From positions 160,001 to 224,000 of the forward strand of contig CAVWHX010000005.1 of NCBI GenBank assembly GCA_963754925.1: 64,000 bases of DNA, read 5' to 3'. Positions within the stretch are counted from its first letter, which is position 1; each line of letters begins with the position of its first letter. Made by a program: the position numbers and the translations under genes. A model generated the notes under the pieces. The model was not told the origin of the DNA, ran no database searches, and saw only the letters and a list, made by a program, of their open reading frames with translations. Positions 61,723 through 64,000 of this stretch are shown here, piece after piece. The DNA comes from an uncultured delta proteobacterium (GTDB lineage: Bacteria > Myxococcota > B64-G9).

Positions 61723-64000
61723 TTATTGACCATTGTATTGAAATCCATAGTTCTGGAAATTGTTGCTCAGGGAGTCTGGAGAATCATTTCTCGTCAACAC
61801 CTGCACCTGACCACTCATCAGTTTAGCTACGTCATTCCACAAGCTTGAGTTGAAGTTTGTAAGCAACGGCTCGCCGAGGAAATTATACAGCTCGCTGAAG
61901 ATTTCGCTGAACTTGTCAGTGGTATCGACCACATCTAACACGTACTCCATCAATCCGCCCGACTTAAACAAGGCATTAACGTAAACAGACGAATCGTAGA
62001 TATAGTTAATGGTGGAGGTCAATCCGCCCTTGGCCGCAACAAACGCCGGATCGATGTCGGACAGATTCTTGCCGCTATCGAGTGCCAACGCGATGGCGTT
62101 GAGGATGGGTTGATATTGAGCTGCCACCCGATAGAGGTCATCCACCCTGGAGTTATCATTGAAATCAAATAGATGATCGTTAAACGAAATATTCCCATTG
62201 GTCAAAGGAACGCTGGCCACATTCCATGTCTGGGTGTTGCTGTTATAGGTGGTGGCCATGATCCCTAGGGTATGAACCAGCCCCTTGATTTGGTCGTCGG
62301 TTGGGCTTACTTGAGTTAAGAACGTATCCATGACGTTGATAAGGTTCTCTACCACCGAATAATCGCCGCCCTGAGGCGCAAGCAGCTCGGAAGCCATTTC
62401 GAGGTATGTGCGGAACAACGTCAGCTTGTCGGGGTTCTTATCCCAATCATGGGGAAGATAGGCCAACCCCATCTGGTACCCGAGCTCGCCGGGCCTAATA
62501 CCATGGGCATCAACACCCGTTGCATCTATTAGTGACTCATTGTAATCGTTGGTGCCGACCAATATATTTTGTCCAATGTTCGCGAATATCTCCTCAGGAC
62601 GCATATCATCGGGGATGCCGTCGCCATTGGAATCAACGCCGTTAGTGAACATCCAATCCGGCAGCGTCTCAGTTAAGGTTGTGTCATTGATTTGGGTTAA
62701 TCTCCCTCGGGTGTTTTTACTCAGAAGCGAGGTCTGCTCGAGGCCGTAGAATAGTTTTCTGCGGGCTCCCCAGGATTGCCAGGTCTCGTCAAATTTTTGG
62801 GAATCCGGTTCGTTGGTATCGACGATCGTCGGATCATCGTCGAACGTATCCGCACCAAGGTTCATGAGGAGCTTGAATGCCTGGGTCAGCACCTTGGGAC
62901 GTTGATTGGTGACAGGGTTTTCCGCAACCAGAAGCGGCAGAATTCCGTCCATTATTTTTTTAGTTGGTTTATCGGAGGTCGGATAGCGATTGCTATCGAT
63001 AAGTATGCTTATGGGTGTGTTGAGGTAAGCCATCTGGTAAAAATCCCTCTCCCTCCAGCTTCCAAACCACGTCTCAGGTTTGTTCCAGCGTGACGAATCG
63101 GTATAGAAGTCAGCGCCAGATTTAAGGAAATAGTCACAATACGGATCACTCGAGTTTGTATCACAATTACCACGCACACGGAACTTCCAGGTTTTACGAG
63201 GAGGAAGAGCATAGTTGTTCGTATCACCTTCTTGTTGATAATACGCGATAGGTTTCAAAAGGATGGTCATCATATCGAATGATGGCACCAAACCAGCGGT
63301 ATTCGAGTGCTTGTTGTCGATGTTCTCGCGAAGAGCGTTGAACAACGCCATTAATATCGGCACGAATGCGTTTCTTCGATTCCAAAGGCTGTCACCTACC
63401 GTAAATGCATTAGAGGACACCAAATTGTCGGTAACCTCATCTGTATGTTCATCTCCATTTTTATCCTTCCACGTTACGAGACCTCTTGATACCTCCGGGC
63501 TGAAAGGAAATGCCATTCGTACCAATGATGTTATGTTATGAGCCAAAACACTTGAAAAGCCCGCTCCCCCCCGAAGGGTGTCATTGTACGTACTATCTCC
63601 GCTTTGACCCAATGACAATGAAGTATAAGCGAGATCGGCTACGACCCCCATGCGGTAATCGCCAGGAACATTTGAGCTGCCGCTTTTGCCTGTTTTAGCC
63701 CATAGGTGATTGCCTCTAAATGGCCGCGAATTTGAAAAGGCATAAAAACCATTGGCTTCTTGATAAATATAGGCTACCCCTAGTTCGGATACGTCAACCA
63801 AGGTGATACGCTGTGGCATGATCAACACATATTTTTTATCAACAAAAAACCATTGGTAGTTTCTGAAAAAGGCCTCTTCTTGGGAGGCGCATGCTCTGCT
63901 GGGATCGGTGTCATCGATATTCTCTTGAATCACGAGACCGCTGGATTCAACTTTATTTTGGCTGGGATCCAAATTGACTACCTTAACGTTGTCATTACCA
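61723..64000 (-). CDS. Large hypothetical (probably extracytoplasmic) protein, 5' end outside window
   Basis: More than 749 aa open frame, Asn/Asp/Thr-rich; no recognised family. Confidence 0.7.
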   Translation of the reverse strand, partial: GNDNVKVVNLDPSQNKVESSGLVIQENIDDTDPSRACASQEEAFFRNYQWFFVDKKYVLIMPQRITLVDVSELGVAYIYQEANGFYAFSNSRPFRGNHLWAKTGKSGSSNVPGDYRMGVVADLAYTSLSLGQSGDSTYNDTLRGGAGFSSVLAHNITSLVRMAFPFSPEVSRGLVTWKDKNGDEHTDEVTDNLVSSNAFTVGDSLWNRRNAFVPILMALFNALRENIDNKHSNTAGLVPSFDMMTILLKPIAYYQQEGDTNNYALPPRKTWKFRVRGNCDTNSSDPYCDYFLKSGADFYTDSSRWNKPETWFGSWRERDFYQMAYLNTPISILIDSNRYPTSDKPTKKIMDGILPLLVAENPVTNQRPKVLTQAFKLLMNLGADTFDDDPTIVDTNEPDSQKFDETWQSWGARRKLFYGLEQTSLLSKNTRGRLTQINDTTLTETLPDWMFTNGVDSNGDGIPDDMRPEEIFANIGQNILVGTNDYNESLIDATGVDAHGIRPGELGYQMGLAYLPHDWDKNPDKLTLFRTYLEMASELLAPQGGDYSVVENLINVMDTFLTQVSPTDDQIKGLVHTLGIMATTYNSNTQTWNVASVPLTNGNISFNDHLFDFNDNSRVDDLYRVAAQYQPILNAIALALDSGKNLSDIDPAFVAAKGGLTSTINYIYDSSVYVNALFKSGGLMEYVLDVVDTTDKFSEIFSELYNFLGEPLLTNFNSSLWNDVAKLMSGQVQVLTRNDSPDSLSNNFQNYGFQYNGQ

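Noticed and set aside
1..64000. CRISPR array, tRNA or rRNA genes
   Set aside because: No regularly spaced repeat-spacer units, cloverleaf/T-loop signatures or rRNA-like tracts were seen by eye in the intergenic regions.

Overview
Bacterial chromosomal window, mostly GC-rich. The gene content (TPR/HEAT proteins, a dnaK paralog next to a J-domain-TPR gene, bacterial topoisomerase VI, a Cys-rich lipoprotein) points to a Myxococcota/deltaproteobacterium-like organism; this assignment is inference. Housekeeping blocks are hslUV-xerC-rluD-like, folE2, transaldolase/GAPDH-like/PPDK-like genes, family-4 UDG, nfeD-stomatin, lpxH-trmB, amidase-rdgB, a NodIJ-like ABC transporter and top6B-top6A. Two accessory regions interrupt them: a lower-GC island at about 20.4-26.3 kb and a defence/toxin-antitoxin hotspot at about 34.3-41.0 kb. 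Three copies of one ~1276-bp IS3-family element are present. The main hidden feature is a broken retron. An unannotated, frameshifted C-terminal fragment of an Ec86/Eco1-like reverse transcriptase (38658-38983) is joined through an IS copy with no target duplication to the N-terminus of an uncharacterised gene with a strong promoter, a candidate novel effector. Other highlights are a 1405-aa PPDK-like dikinase with no pyruvate-binding domain, next to a GAPDH paralog missing its catalytic His, and a sigma54-type promoter ahead of a START-glycosyltransferase-phosphomutase operon. About 14 single-base frameshifts in conserved genes are probably sequencing or assembly errors. No rRNA, tRNA or CRISPR array was recognised.
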